25,861 nt of DNA from Bacillota bacterium (GTDB lineage: Bacteria; Bacillota; Sulfobacillia; JAJZIM01; JAJZBP01). The notes beneath the pieces are model-generated. The model had not been told where the DNA came from. It did not search any database and saw only the letters and a program-made list of their open reading frames with translations. Of the stretch, positions 15,476-23,208 are shown one piece after another. The stretch's first letter is position 1. The number at the start of each line of letters is the position of its first letter. Made by a program: the position numbers and the translations under genes. Where the stretch lies: NCBI GenBank assembly GCA_021798855.1, contig JAJZBP010000002.1, forward strand, positions 1-25,861, written 5' to 3'.

Positions 15476-17086
15476 TTAGGGATGAGCCGGTTTGCGACGG
15501 AATCGTTCGAGGAAGAAATCCAACAGGATGCCGACTTCTTCCGCGCCGAGCAGCCAACCAAGGGCGAGGAAAATTCCCCCCCCCAGCAGGAGGCCTGCGG
15601 CCACCTGCCCCCCCTCCAGGAGCAGGGCGGGGGCGTGGATGGATCCGGCGATGGCTTCCACCAAAAGGATGACGGCGCCTCCTCCGACGGAGGCGATCAG
15701 CGAACGGACCGCTGTTCGGGCCAAGGGATACCCTCCGATGCCGCCGAGGCGGTGGCGCAAGGACAAGAAAAGGAGCGCCAAGTTGAAGAAACCACTGAGG
15801 GAATAAGCCAGGGCGAGTCCTCGGTAGCCGAGGAGGTGAATCAGCCCCAGGCTGAGCAAAACGGAGAATAACAGGTAGGCCATGGCCAACTTGAAAGGGG
15901 TGAGAGTGTCTTCCAAGGCGTAATAGGCCCGGTAGACGATTTCGAGCGAACTGTAAGCGACGATGCCGATGGTGTAATAGACCAAGCTGGTGGACGTGAC
16001 CAGGGTATCGTGAGCCGTGAAATTGCCGTGTTGGAAGAGGATCGCCACCGCGGGTTTGGCCAGCAGGGCCAGACCCAGGGAAGCGGGGATGGCCAAGAAG
16101 ACCACGGCCCGGAGGCTCGCTCCGAGGAAACGGCGGAAGTCCTCGGTTTTATTGGCGCCGGCTTGGCCGGAAAGGGCGGGCAGGAGGGCCACGCCGACCA
16201 TGGTTCCGAGGGAAACCGGCAGGAGCATCAGACGGCTGGAAAGAACCAGAGCGTTGATCACTCCCGGCGGCTCGAATGAAGCCAAAAAGCTTTGGTTGAG
16301 AACCAGGGCGATTTGGGAGGCCGCACCGCTGATCATGATCGGCACCATCAGGCGAACCACCCGCCGCACGCCCGGATGGCGCAATTCCAAGCGGAAGTTG
16401 TAACGGGGGGAGAGGGAGATGGTGCCGGCGACCTGGGTGAGGAAGTTGACGATGCTTCCCAGGAGGGTGCCCAGAGCGAAACTGGCGATGCCCATTTTCC
16501 CGGCCAAGAGCACTCCGGTGGCGATGGTCACCAGATTGAAGAGAATCGGGCCGGTGCCGGTGGCCCAGAAATTGAAACGGGAACTTTGCACCCCGAAGAG
16601 GACACCGCACAGGGAGTTGAAAAGAATGCTTCCCAGAGTCAGGTGAGTGAGGTAAGCCGTGTAGGACTGGTCGGCGGGTGAAAATCCGGGAACCAGCCAC
16701 CTGACCCACCAGGAGGCGGTGAGAATACCGACGGCCACCAGGGAGGTCATACCCAAAAAGGTGATATTCACGGCGGTGGAAACCACTTTCCAGGCATCTT
16801 CATCCTTCCCGGCGGTGAAGTAGCGGGAGAGGACCGGGATGAACGCCGAGGATACGGCGCCGCCGATGAGGATATTGTAAATGGCGTCGGGGCCCAAGAA
16901 GGCCGCGCTGTACATATTGGCGGCCTGTCCCTGGCCGAAAATGGCGGCGATGGCCGCGTTGCGGATGAAGCCGGAAATTCTGGAGAAAACCAGCAGAACC
17001 CCGACGAGGCCGGCGGCCTTGGTGACCACGCGCCCGAGGGAGGAATTCGACGAAAGGCTGGTCCGGGGGGGATTGCCTTGGCTCAA
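15476..17086 (-). CDS. murJ: MurJ/MviN family lipid-linked glycan flippase
   Basis: SRISGFIRNAAIAAIFG, GGAVSSAFIPV, SRLMLLP and many TM segments. TTG at 17086 follows SD GAGGAG. Confidence 0.92.
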   Translation of the reverse strand: MSQGNPPRTSLSSNSSLGRVVTKAAGLVGVLLVFSRISGFIRNAAIAAIFGQGQAANMYSAAFLGPDAIYNILIGGAVSSAFIPVLSRYFTAGKDEDAWKVVSTAVNITFLGMTSLVAVGILTASWWVRWLVPGFSPADQSYTAYLTHLTLGSILFNSLCGVLFGVQSSRFNFWATGTGPILFNLVTIATGVLLAGKMGIASFALGTLLGSIVNFLTQVAGTISLSPRYNFRLELRHPGVRRVVRLMVPIMISGAASQIALVLNQSFLASFEPPGVINALVLSSRLMLLPVSLGTMVGVALLPALSGQAGANKTEDFRRFLGASLRAVVFLAIPASLGLALLAKPAVAILFQHGNFTAHDTLVTSTSLVYYTIGIVAYSSLEIVYRAYYALEDTLTPFKLAMAYLLFSVLLSLGLIHLLGYRGLALAYSLSGFFNLALLFLSLRHRLGGIGGYPLARTAVRSLIASVGGGAVILLVEAIAGSIHAPALLLEGGQVAAGLLLGGGIFLALGWLLGAEEVGILLDFFLERFRRKPAHP

Positions 17087-17133
17087 AGAATCGCTCCTCA
17101 AGAGAGTTTTCGGCGAGGTTTGGCGAGGTTTTA

Positions 17134-17142
17134 ATTATGGCA
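17134..17142 (-). promoter_or_regulatory. Extended -10 element for murJ
   Basis: Minus-strand TGcCATAAT about 48 nt upstream of the murJ start. Weak -35. Confidence 0.4.
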
Positions 17143-17193
17143 CAAAAACCGCCCAGGAAAAACTTTTTTTCGTGAAAATTGGAGGAGATCAAG

Positions 17194-17406
17194 GTGTTGA
17201 TCATCTTCGGGGCCACGGCGGTGACTTTGATGATGCTCTTTTACGCTCTGGAGAGCCGATCCAACTGGTTTACCTTCGCCTTCGCCTGGGCTTGTTTGGC
17301 TTCGTCGGCCTACGGTTGGCTGGCCGGAACGTGGCCGTTCGGCGTCGTGGAATTGATCTGGGCCGGGGTGGCCTTCGTTCGGTGGTGGCGGCAATCGGTT
17401 CATTGA
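17194..17406 (+). CDS. 70-aa conserved-looking small multi-pass membrane protein
   Basis: SD GGAGGAG at 17181-17187, GTG 17194. MLIIFGATAVTLMMLFYALESRSNWFTFAFAWACLASSAYGWLAGTWPFGVVELIWAGVAFVRWW has about 3 hydrophobic segments. Confidence 0.8.
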   Translation: MLIIFGATAVTLMMLFYALESRSNWFTFAFAWACLASSAYGWLAGTWPFGVVELIWAGVAFVRWWRQSVH

Positions 17407-17423
17407 GAAGGGGGAATGTCCCG

Positions 17424-19790
17424 GTGGTGGAACCGAAGACCGGCGAAGCGGCGAGAGGCGCGGCGCAGAGGGCGGCCGAGGATGGGGAAGGTCCGGCGCG
17501 GCGGGAACGGTTGACCGTTCTCCTGGCCGCCATGTCCCTTTCCCTGGGAGGGGCGGAAACCCACGTGGTGGCCCTGGCCAAAGAACTTTCCCGGCGTGGC
17601 CACCGGGTTTTGGTGGCTTCCCAAGGTGGGACACTGACAACAGAGCTGACCGCGGACGGCATTGTCCACTACTCTTTGCCTTTGGCCAGTCGCCGCCCCT
17701 GGCAATTGCGCCAGGCGATCCGGGGGATGCGGCGAATCATCACCGAAGAAGACGTCGAATTGATCCATGCCCATGCCCGGATTCCGGCCTGGGTGGCCGA
17801 GGCGGCCAGGAGGGGGCGGGGCGGGCGGCCGGATGTTCCCCTGGTAACCACCTACCATGCCGTCTACCGCTCCGGCCCATGGTGGCGTTTGTTCACCCGA
17901 TTCGGGGACCATACAATCGCGGTCAGCGAAGATATCGCGACCTATGTGAGCCGGAGTTTCGGCTATCCGCGGGGGAAAATCGCGGTGATCCCCAACGGGT
18001 TGGATACGGACCGCTTTTCCCCGCGGGGAGCGCAGGGCGGAGAAAGGCTGGAGCAGGAGATGGGGCTTCGCGCGCACAGTCCCCTGGTGGTTCACGTCAG
18101 CCGACTGGATGAATTGGGGATGGATCGGCCGGGAACCGTTCAGGCTGCGTTGGCCCTGGTCCGGGCTGCTCCGGCTCTTTTGGATATTCATCCGGACCTG
18201 CGGATGGTCATCGTGGGTGACGGACGGGAGGGGCGGTTGGTGCGGGAGGCCGCCGGGAGGGTCAACGGTGAACTGGGACGGCAGGTCGTCCTCTGCCCAG
18301 GGGGAAGGACCGACACCCCGGGTTTTTTTGCCCTGGCCAGCGTGGTGGTTGGAGTGGCCCGGGTTGCCCTCGAGGGAATGGCGTCGGGCAAACCGGTGGT
18401 GATCGCCGGTGAAGGTGGTTTCCGTGGGCTGGTTCAGCCCGACAATCTGGAGAACCTGAAGGCCGCCAACTTCACCGCACGGGGTAAGGGCGAAACCATC
18501 ACTCCCGAAAAACTGGTTGAGGCCATCGGGACCGTCCTCGCAAACGATGAACTGGCCGATTCCCTGGGACGACTCGGGCGCCGAACAGTGGAAGCGGGCT
18601 ATTCGGTCGGCTGGATGGTGGACGAGATCCTGAAAGTCTACCGGCTCTGTCGGCGCGGCGGGAAAGGCGCCGCTCGGCAGGCCGTCATCCTGGGCTATTA
18701 CGGCTTCGGCAACAGCGGGGACGAGGCCCTTTTACAGGGGATCCTCCAATCCTTGGAGGAGGTGAGACCGACCGTGCGGCCGGTGGTTCTTTCGGCGTCG
18801 CCTCGGGAAACCAGGGAAGCCCACGGGGTGGACGCGGTTCATCGTTACAACCTTCCGGCCGTCTGGCGGCTGTTTCGTCGGGCGGACGTTTTTATCAGCG
18901 GGGGTGGCACCCTTCTCCAAGACCGCACCAGTCTTCGGTCCCTGTGGTACTATGCGGGGATGGCCATGCTGGCCAAGCGGATGGGTTTAAAGGTGGCCTT
19001 TTACGCCAACGGCCTGGGGCCTTTGGAAAGCGCCACCGGGCGTTACCTGGCGCGCCGGGCGTTGCAGGCGGCCGACCTGGTGACCTGGAGGGACCACGGA
19101 TCGATGGAAACGGCCAAGCGTTTGCGCATGCTTCCCACCTGTCCGTGGGAGGTCACCGCCGATCCGGCTTTTTTGTTGGAACCGGCGCCGGAGGGGACGA
19201 GCCGGGAACTGTTGCGCCGGGCGGGCATCAGTTTTTCACGGCCGGTGGTGGGGGTATCCCTGCGGCCCTGGGAAGGGGAAAACGCATATCTGGGGGTGGT
19301 GGCCACCGCCGCCGATTGGCTGATCGAACGGGGATATGACATAATCTACCTGCCGTTCCAACACCGGAGGGATGAGAGGGTTTGCCGCCAAGCCCTGGGC
19401 AAGATGCGCCGGCAGGGGTACCTTTTACCCGGAGGGCTGGGGGTGTCGGAACTTTTGGGCATCCTTGGCCAGTTGGAATTGGTCCTGGGAATGCGGCTGC
19501 ACGCCGTGGTCTTGGCGGCGACGCAAGGGGTTCCGGGGGTGGGCTTGAGCTACGACCCAAAGGTTGAAGGCGTCCTGCGGGAAATGGGAGGGCCGATGGC
19601 CGGACGGATCGAAAAGATCAAAGTGGAGGACATTGTGGCGGCCGTGGAGAAAACTTTGGCTGAACGTTCGGCCACGGTGCGGGAATTGGCGGAAGCCGCC
19701 TCCCGATTGCGGGTGAGGGCCGCCAGGAACGCTCAATTGCTTTCACATTTACTGGCGGAAACGGAAGGGGCAGGGGAATATGTTGGATGA
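17424..19790 (+). CDS. csaB: GT4 glycosyltransferase fused to polysaccharide pyruvyl transferase CsaB (788 aa)
   Basis: N-half: GGAETHV, IHAHARIP and ALEGMASGKPVV (GT-B/GT4). C-half: VILGYYGFGNSGDEA, ISGGGTLLQDRTS, GMRLHA and SYDPKV (CsaB). No stop between them. GTG 17424 follows SD AAGGGGG. Confidence 0.92.
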   Translation: MVEPKTGEAARGAAQRAAEDGEGPARRERLTVLLAAMSLSLGGAETHVVALAKELSRRGHRVLVASQGGTLTTELTADGIVHYSLPLASRRPWQLRQAIRGMRRIITEEDVELIHAHARIPAWVAEAARRGRGGRPDVPLVTTYHAVYRSGPWWRLFTRFGDHTIAVSEDIATYVSRSFGYPRGKIAVIPNGLDTDRFSPRGAQGGERLEQEMGLRAHSPLVVHVSRLDELGMDRPGTVQAALALVRAAPALLDIHPDLRMVIVGDGREGRLVREAAGRVNGELGRQVVLCPGGRTDTPGFFALASVVVGVARVALEGMASGKPVVIAGEGGFRGLVQPDNLENLKAANFTARGKGETITPEKLVEAIGTVLANDELADSLGRLGRRTVEAGYSVGWMVDEILKVYRLCRRGGKGAARQAVILGYYGFGNSGDEALLQGILQSLEEVRPTVRPVVLSASPRETREAHGVDAVHRYNLPAVWRLFRRADVFISGGGTLLQDRTSLRSLWYYAGMAMLAKRMGLKVAFYANGLGPLESATGRYLARRALQAADLVTWRDHGSMETAKRLRMLPTCPWEVTADPAFLLEPAPEGTSRELLRRAGISFSRPVVGVSLRPWEGENAYLGVVATAADWLIERGYDIIYLPFQHRRDERVCRQALGKMRRQGYLLPGGLGVSELLGILGQLELVLGMRLHAVVLAATQGVPGVGLSYDPKVEGVLREMGGPMAGRIEKIKVEDIVAAVEKTLAERSATVRELAEAASRLRVRAARNAQLLSHLLAETEGAGEYVG

Positions 19791-20274
19791 GCGCGGCAGG
19801 CTTTTCGGTTTGGTCAACGTGATCGATCTGGTGGTCATCCTCCTGGTGCTGGCGGCGGCGGGAATATTCCTGGCGCCCCGCCTGTTGCGGGCGGTGGCCG
19901 GTCCGCCCGCCCTGCAGGAGATCAGGGTGACAGTCCTGGTCCCGGCGGTGCGGGCACCCACGGTGGCGGCCATCCGCCCCGGCACGCGGGTGGTCAACAC
20001 CACGAACAACTCAGCCTTGGGCAGGGTGTTTGCGACCGACGCCGTTCCCGCCGTCGTGCTGGAGAAAAAGGCGAACGGCATGACGACCGAAACCACCTCT
20101 CCCGTCTATGAGGACGATTACGTCACCCTGGTGGGACCGGGTACGGTGACGGCCGACGGAGTGGTCCTGGGGAGTACGCCCGTCAGGTTGGGGGCGCCTT
20201 TTCCCTTTTCCGACAACATCTTTGGGGTGCAGGGAACGGTCTGGAAGGTAAGCCCAATGCCGGCGGGACGCTAG
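19780..20274 (+). CDS. DUF4330 family membrane-anchored protein
   Basis: N-terminus MLDERGRLFGLVNVIDLVVILL, a single TM helix and a beta-rich domain. Overlaps the csaB stop. Confidence 0.85.
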   Translation: MLDERGRLFGLVNVIDLVVILLVLAAAGIFLAPRLLRAVAGPPALQEIRVTVLVPAVRAPTVAAIRPGTRVVNTTNNSALGRVFATDAVPAVVLEKKANGMTTETTSPVYEDDYVTLVGPGTVTADGVVLGSTPVRLGAPFPFSDNIFGVQGTVWKVSPMPAGR

Positions 20275-20283
20275 GTCGACGGC

Positions 20284-21072
20284 ATGGCTTCACTCAGTGT
20301 AACCGTCATCACCCGAAATGAAAAAGAGAAGATCCGCGATTGCCTGGAGAGCGTCCGTTTCGCCGACGAAATCGTGGTCGTCGATTCCGGCTCGACCGAC
20401 GGAACGCCGGAGATTTGCCGGGAATATACGGACAACGTGACCCAGCGCGACTGGACGGGATTTCCGGACCAACGGGAATTCGCTTGTTCCCGAGCCCTCG
20501 GCCCGTGGATTTTGGTGCTGGACGCCGACGAACGGGTCAGCGAACCATTGCGCAGGGAAATCGAGGAAGTGGTGGCGCGGGGTGACGGCGGTCCCGCCCA
20601 TTATGAAATTCGTCGCCGGGAACACTTGTTGGGAGACTGGGTGGCGGCCGGCGACTGGACCCGTTACCACCTGCGCCTCTTTCGCAAGGATCTTTGCGGC
20701 TGTGCCTACACGCGGGACGTTCATGAGCGGGTGTTGGTGCGGGGGGTGGGGGGCAGGCTTGAGGGACCGATCCTCCACCTGTCCCATCCCACCAGTGCTT
20801 CCTTTTTGGCCAGGCTCAACGGCTACACCGACTTGGAAGCAGCATACGCCGCCCGTCAGGGGAAACGTTTCAGTTGGAACAGAGCGTTGGCGCTGCCCGT
20901 GGTGGTCCTGTTTTACCGTTTCATCTGGCGGGGAGGTTACCGGGACGGGGTGAGGGGGTTCGCCCTGGCGGCTTTGCAAGGGTTTTACCACTTTCTGAAG
21001 GAAATCAAACTGTGGGAATTGACCGTCGCGGCGGGACGGGAGGGAGAGAAAAATGATGGGCGGCAAACGTAA
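20284..21072 (+). CDS. GT2 glycosyltransferase (KdtX/WaaE-like beta-glucosyltransferase group)
   Basis: LSVTVITRNE, DEIVVVDSGSTDGT, WILVLDADE, VHE and LEGPILH motifs. Confidence 0.92.
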   Translation: MASLSVTVITRNEKEKIRDCLESVRFADEIVVVDSGSTDGTPEICREYTDNVTQRDWTGFPDQREFACSRALGPWILVLDADERVSEPLRREIEEVVARGDGGPAHYEIRRREHLLGDWVAAGDWTRYHLRLFRKDLCGCAYTRDVHERVLVRGVGGRLEGPILHLSHPTSASFLARLNGYTDLEAAYAARQGKRFSWNRALALPVVVLFYRFIWRGGYRDGVRGFALAALQGFYHFLKEIKLWELTVAAGREGEKNDGRQT

Positions 21073-21526
21073 GCGTTGGATGTGGCTCGACATCCTGGTG
21101 GTGATTTTGGCCGTTTTCCTGGTGGCAAGATTCCTGTACCTGCATTACGGGCCGGGGAAAGAGATCGGGCGACAACTGGGCACGGTGAAAATTCAGATGC
21201 TCTTTGCAAACCTGCGGGGACCGGTGCTGAGAGCCCTCCGGCCGGGTGACCAACTGGTGAACGCTCACACCGGAAGCCCGCTGGGCACGGTGACCGCCGT
21301 GAAGCGGGTGCCGGTCGAGGTGTGGAAGAATGGCGTGGCGGGGACCTCCCCCGACTTTCGGAACCTGTACGTCACCGTTCGGGGGAACGGGCAGGTGACC
21401 CCGGTGGCCACTCTGCTCGGAAGCACTCAGATCCACATTGGGACGCTGGTCCCGGTCAGGAGCGGTTTCTTCCAGGACAATGACGGTATAGTATGGAAGA
21501 TCTATGCCGGTGGGGGCGCGCAATGA
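21053..21526 (+). CDS. Second DUF4330-like membrane-anchored protein
   Basis: LDILVVIL TM segment, then LRPGDQLVN...LGTVTAV...GSTQIHIG, paralleling IRPGTRVVN...LGRVFA...GSTPVRLG of 19780..20274. Confidence 0.75.
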   Translation: MMGGKRKRWMWLDILVVILAVFLVARFLYLHYGPGKEIGRQLGTVKIQMLFANLRGPVLRALRPGDQLVNAHTGSPLGTVTAVKRVPVEVWKNGVAGTSPDFRNLYVTVRGNGQVTPVATLLGSTQIHIGTLVPVRSGFFQDNDGIVWKIYAGGGAQ

Positions 21527-23028
21527 GCCGGCGGAATCTTTTCAGCGGCAGCGCCGTTTGGCGGATCGTCGGCCAAAGCGCCATTCTCAACGCGTTCCGG
21601 GCGTTGGGAATCGGACTGGAAGGCCGGCTGTCCCAGATGGCCGCTGGAAGTTGGGTGCTGGCCGGAGAAACGGGAAACGAATGGCGACTTGGTTACACCG
21701 GAACGGCCGTGGGCGCTTTGGGGAGGTGGGTGCAGGCCCTGGGGGAACGCTTGCGGGGAGCGCTCGGCGGGAGTTTCATCTTGGACAGATTGTCCGTGGC
21801 CGGGCTGTTGCCGTGGCTTTTGTTGGCCGAACCATTCCTGCCGACCACATTGAATGTGCTTTTAATCTGGGGAATAGCCGGAATCGCGCTGGGACGGCGG
21901 TTGGTCAGGGGACGATCCCTGCCGGAAATCCCCCTGGGTATGCCCCTGGGGATCCTTGCGGGGGTGTTGGTCATCTCGGCCACCGGCAGCATCGATCCGC
22001 ACGGCAGTCTCCTGGATTTGGTCCTTTGGTTGAGTTACCTGCTGCTTTTCGTGCTGGTGGCGGTGGATATCCGCTCCAGGCGCACCCTGCTCCGCTATGC
22101 TTATCTCCTGCTGGCGGGGGGGGGGCTCGTATCCCTGCCCGGCCTCTACCAGTTGGTGCGGGGAGTCAAGACTTCGGCCACCTGGGTGGACCTTGCCCAC
22201 AATCCGGGGTTGACCACCCGCATCTACTCCGTCTTCAGCGATCCGAATTTTTACGCCATGTACCTCACCCTCCTCCTCCCCCTGGCGGCGGCCCTGTTGT
22301 TCCGGGGGGGACGGCGGCGTCGGCTGCCGGTGGCGGTCACCGGCCTCCTGCTGGTGGCATCCCTCGTCTACACCTTCTCGCGGGGAGGGTGGGTGGCCGC
22401 GACCGTGGCTCTGGCCGTCTGGGTGGCCCTGGTGGCGCCGCGCTTTCTTTGCCTGGCTCCCCTGGCGGCGCTCTCCATCCCCTTCCTGCCGGGAACGGTG
22501 CGGCACCGGTTGGCCTCTTTCACCAACCTGGCCGGAAGCCACATGCTCCATTACCGGCTGTTGATTTGGCAGGGTGTTCTTCCCCTCATCCAGCGATACC
22601 CGCTGACCGGTCTGGGGCTGGGAGCGGGTTCCTTCGTTTTGGCCTATCCCAACACCATGTTGGCCGGCATTCCGGCCTACCATGCCCACAACCTGTATTT
22701 GGAAACCCTCTTGGAAACGGGTTTGCCGGGATTGGCCGCGTTTGCCTACTTCTTTTTGTCCTTTTACCGGTTGGGTCTGCGGGGATGGGCGGCTGTCCTG
22801 CGGCTGGGTGATCCGTTGACCGTGGGCATCGCCGCGGCTGCCGTTGCCGCCGTGTCCGGCAACCTTTTCCATGGACTGGAGGAGGATGTCTGGTATGACC
22901 CCCACATCAACTTCATTCTCTGGGCCGTGTTGGGTCTGGGAGTGGCCGCCCTGAGGCTATTGGGCGGCGCGGGAGGGGCAGCCAACGCCGAAGTGGTCGG
23001 GGCTCTCGACCGGAACGCAACCGACTGA
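21523..23028 (+). CDS. O-antigen ligase/polymerase (Wzy_C) family membrane protein
   Basis: RIYSVFSDPNFYA, TFSRGGW, RLLIW...GLG.G and HAHNLYLETLLETG motifs in a polytopic protein. ATGA overlap with the upstream gene. Confidence 0.9.
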   Translation: MSRRNLFSGSAVWRIVGQSAILNAFRALGIGLEGRLSQMAAGSWVLAGETGNEWRLGYTGTAVGALGRWVQALGERLRGALGGSFILDRLSVAGLLPWLLLAEPFLPTTLNVLLIWGIAGIALGRRLVRGRSLPEIPLGMPLGILAGVLVISATGSIDPHGSLLDLVLWLSYLLLFVLVAVDIRSRRTLLRYAYLLLAGGGLVSLPGLYQLVRGVKTSATWVDLAHNPGLTTRIYSVFSDPNFYAMYLTLLLPLAAALLFRGGRRRRLPVAVTGLLLVASLVYTFSRGGWVAATVALAVWVALVAPRFLCLAPLAALSIPFLPGTVRHRLASFTNLAGSHMLHYRLLIWQGVLPLIQRYPLTGLGLGAGSFVLAYPNTMLAGIPAYHAHNLYLETLLETGLPGLAAFAYFFLSFYRLGLRGWAAVLRLGDPLTVGIAAAAVAAVSGNLFHGLEEDVWYDPHINFILWAVLGLGVAALRLLGGAGGAANAEVVGALDRNATD

Positions 23029-23141
23029 ACCGGCGGGGGCTCCGCCGCGAGCCGGGCGGGCGGTGGTTGGCTGCGGGGCCGGCTCGCCGCATTTGCAATA
23101 ATCATCCAAGTTACGAAACCGACCAAGAACGGATTCCTTTA

Positions 23142-23150
23142 TGCTATAAT
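23142..23150 (+). promoter_or_regulatory. Perfect extended -10 sigmaA element for the UPF0182 gene
   Basis: TGcTATAAT in the intergenic region about 60 nt before the coding start. No clear -35. Confidence 0.6.
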
Positions 23151-23208
23151 CAATCAAACAGAGAATCCCGTTTCAACTCCGTCTCCGCCGCCAATCTCGC
23201 GAAAGCCG

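Noticed and set aside
16881-17423. N-terminal extension of the 969-aa ORF in the track
   Set aside because: It overlaps murJ (opposite strand) and the 70-aa gene. The SD-supported start is GTG 17424.
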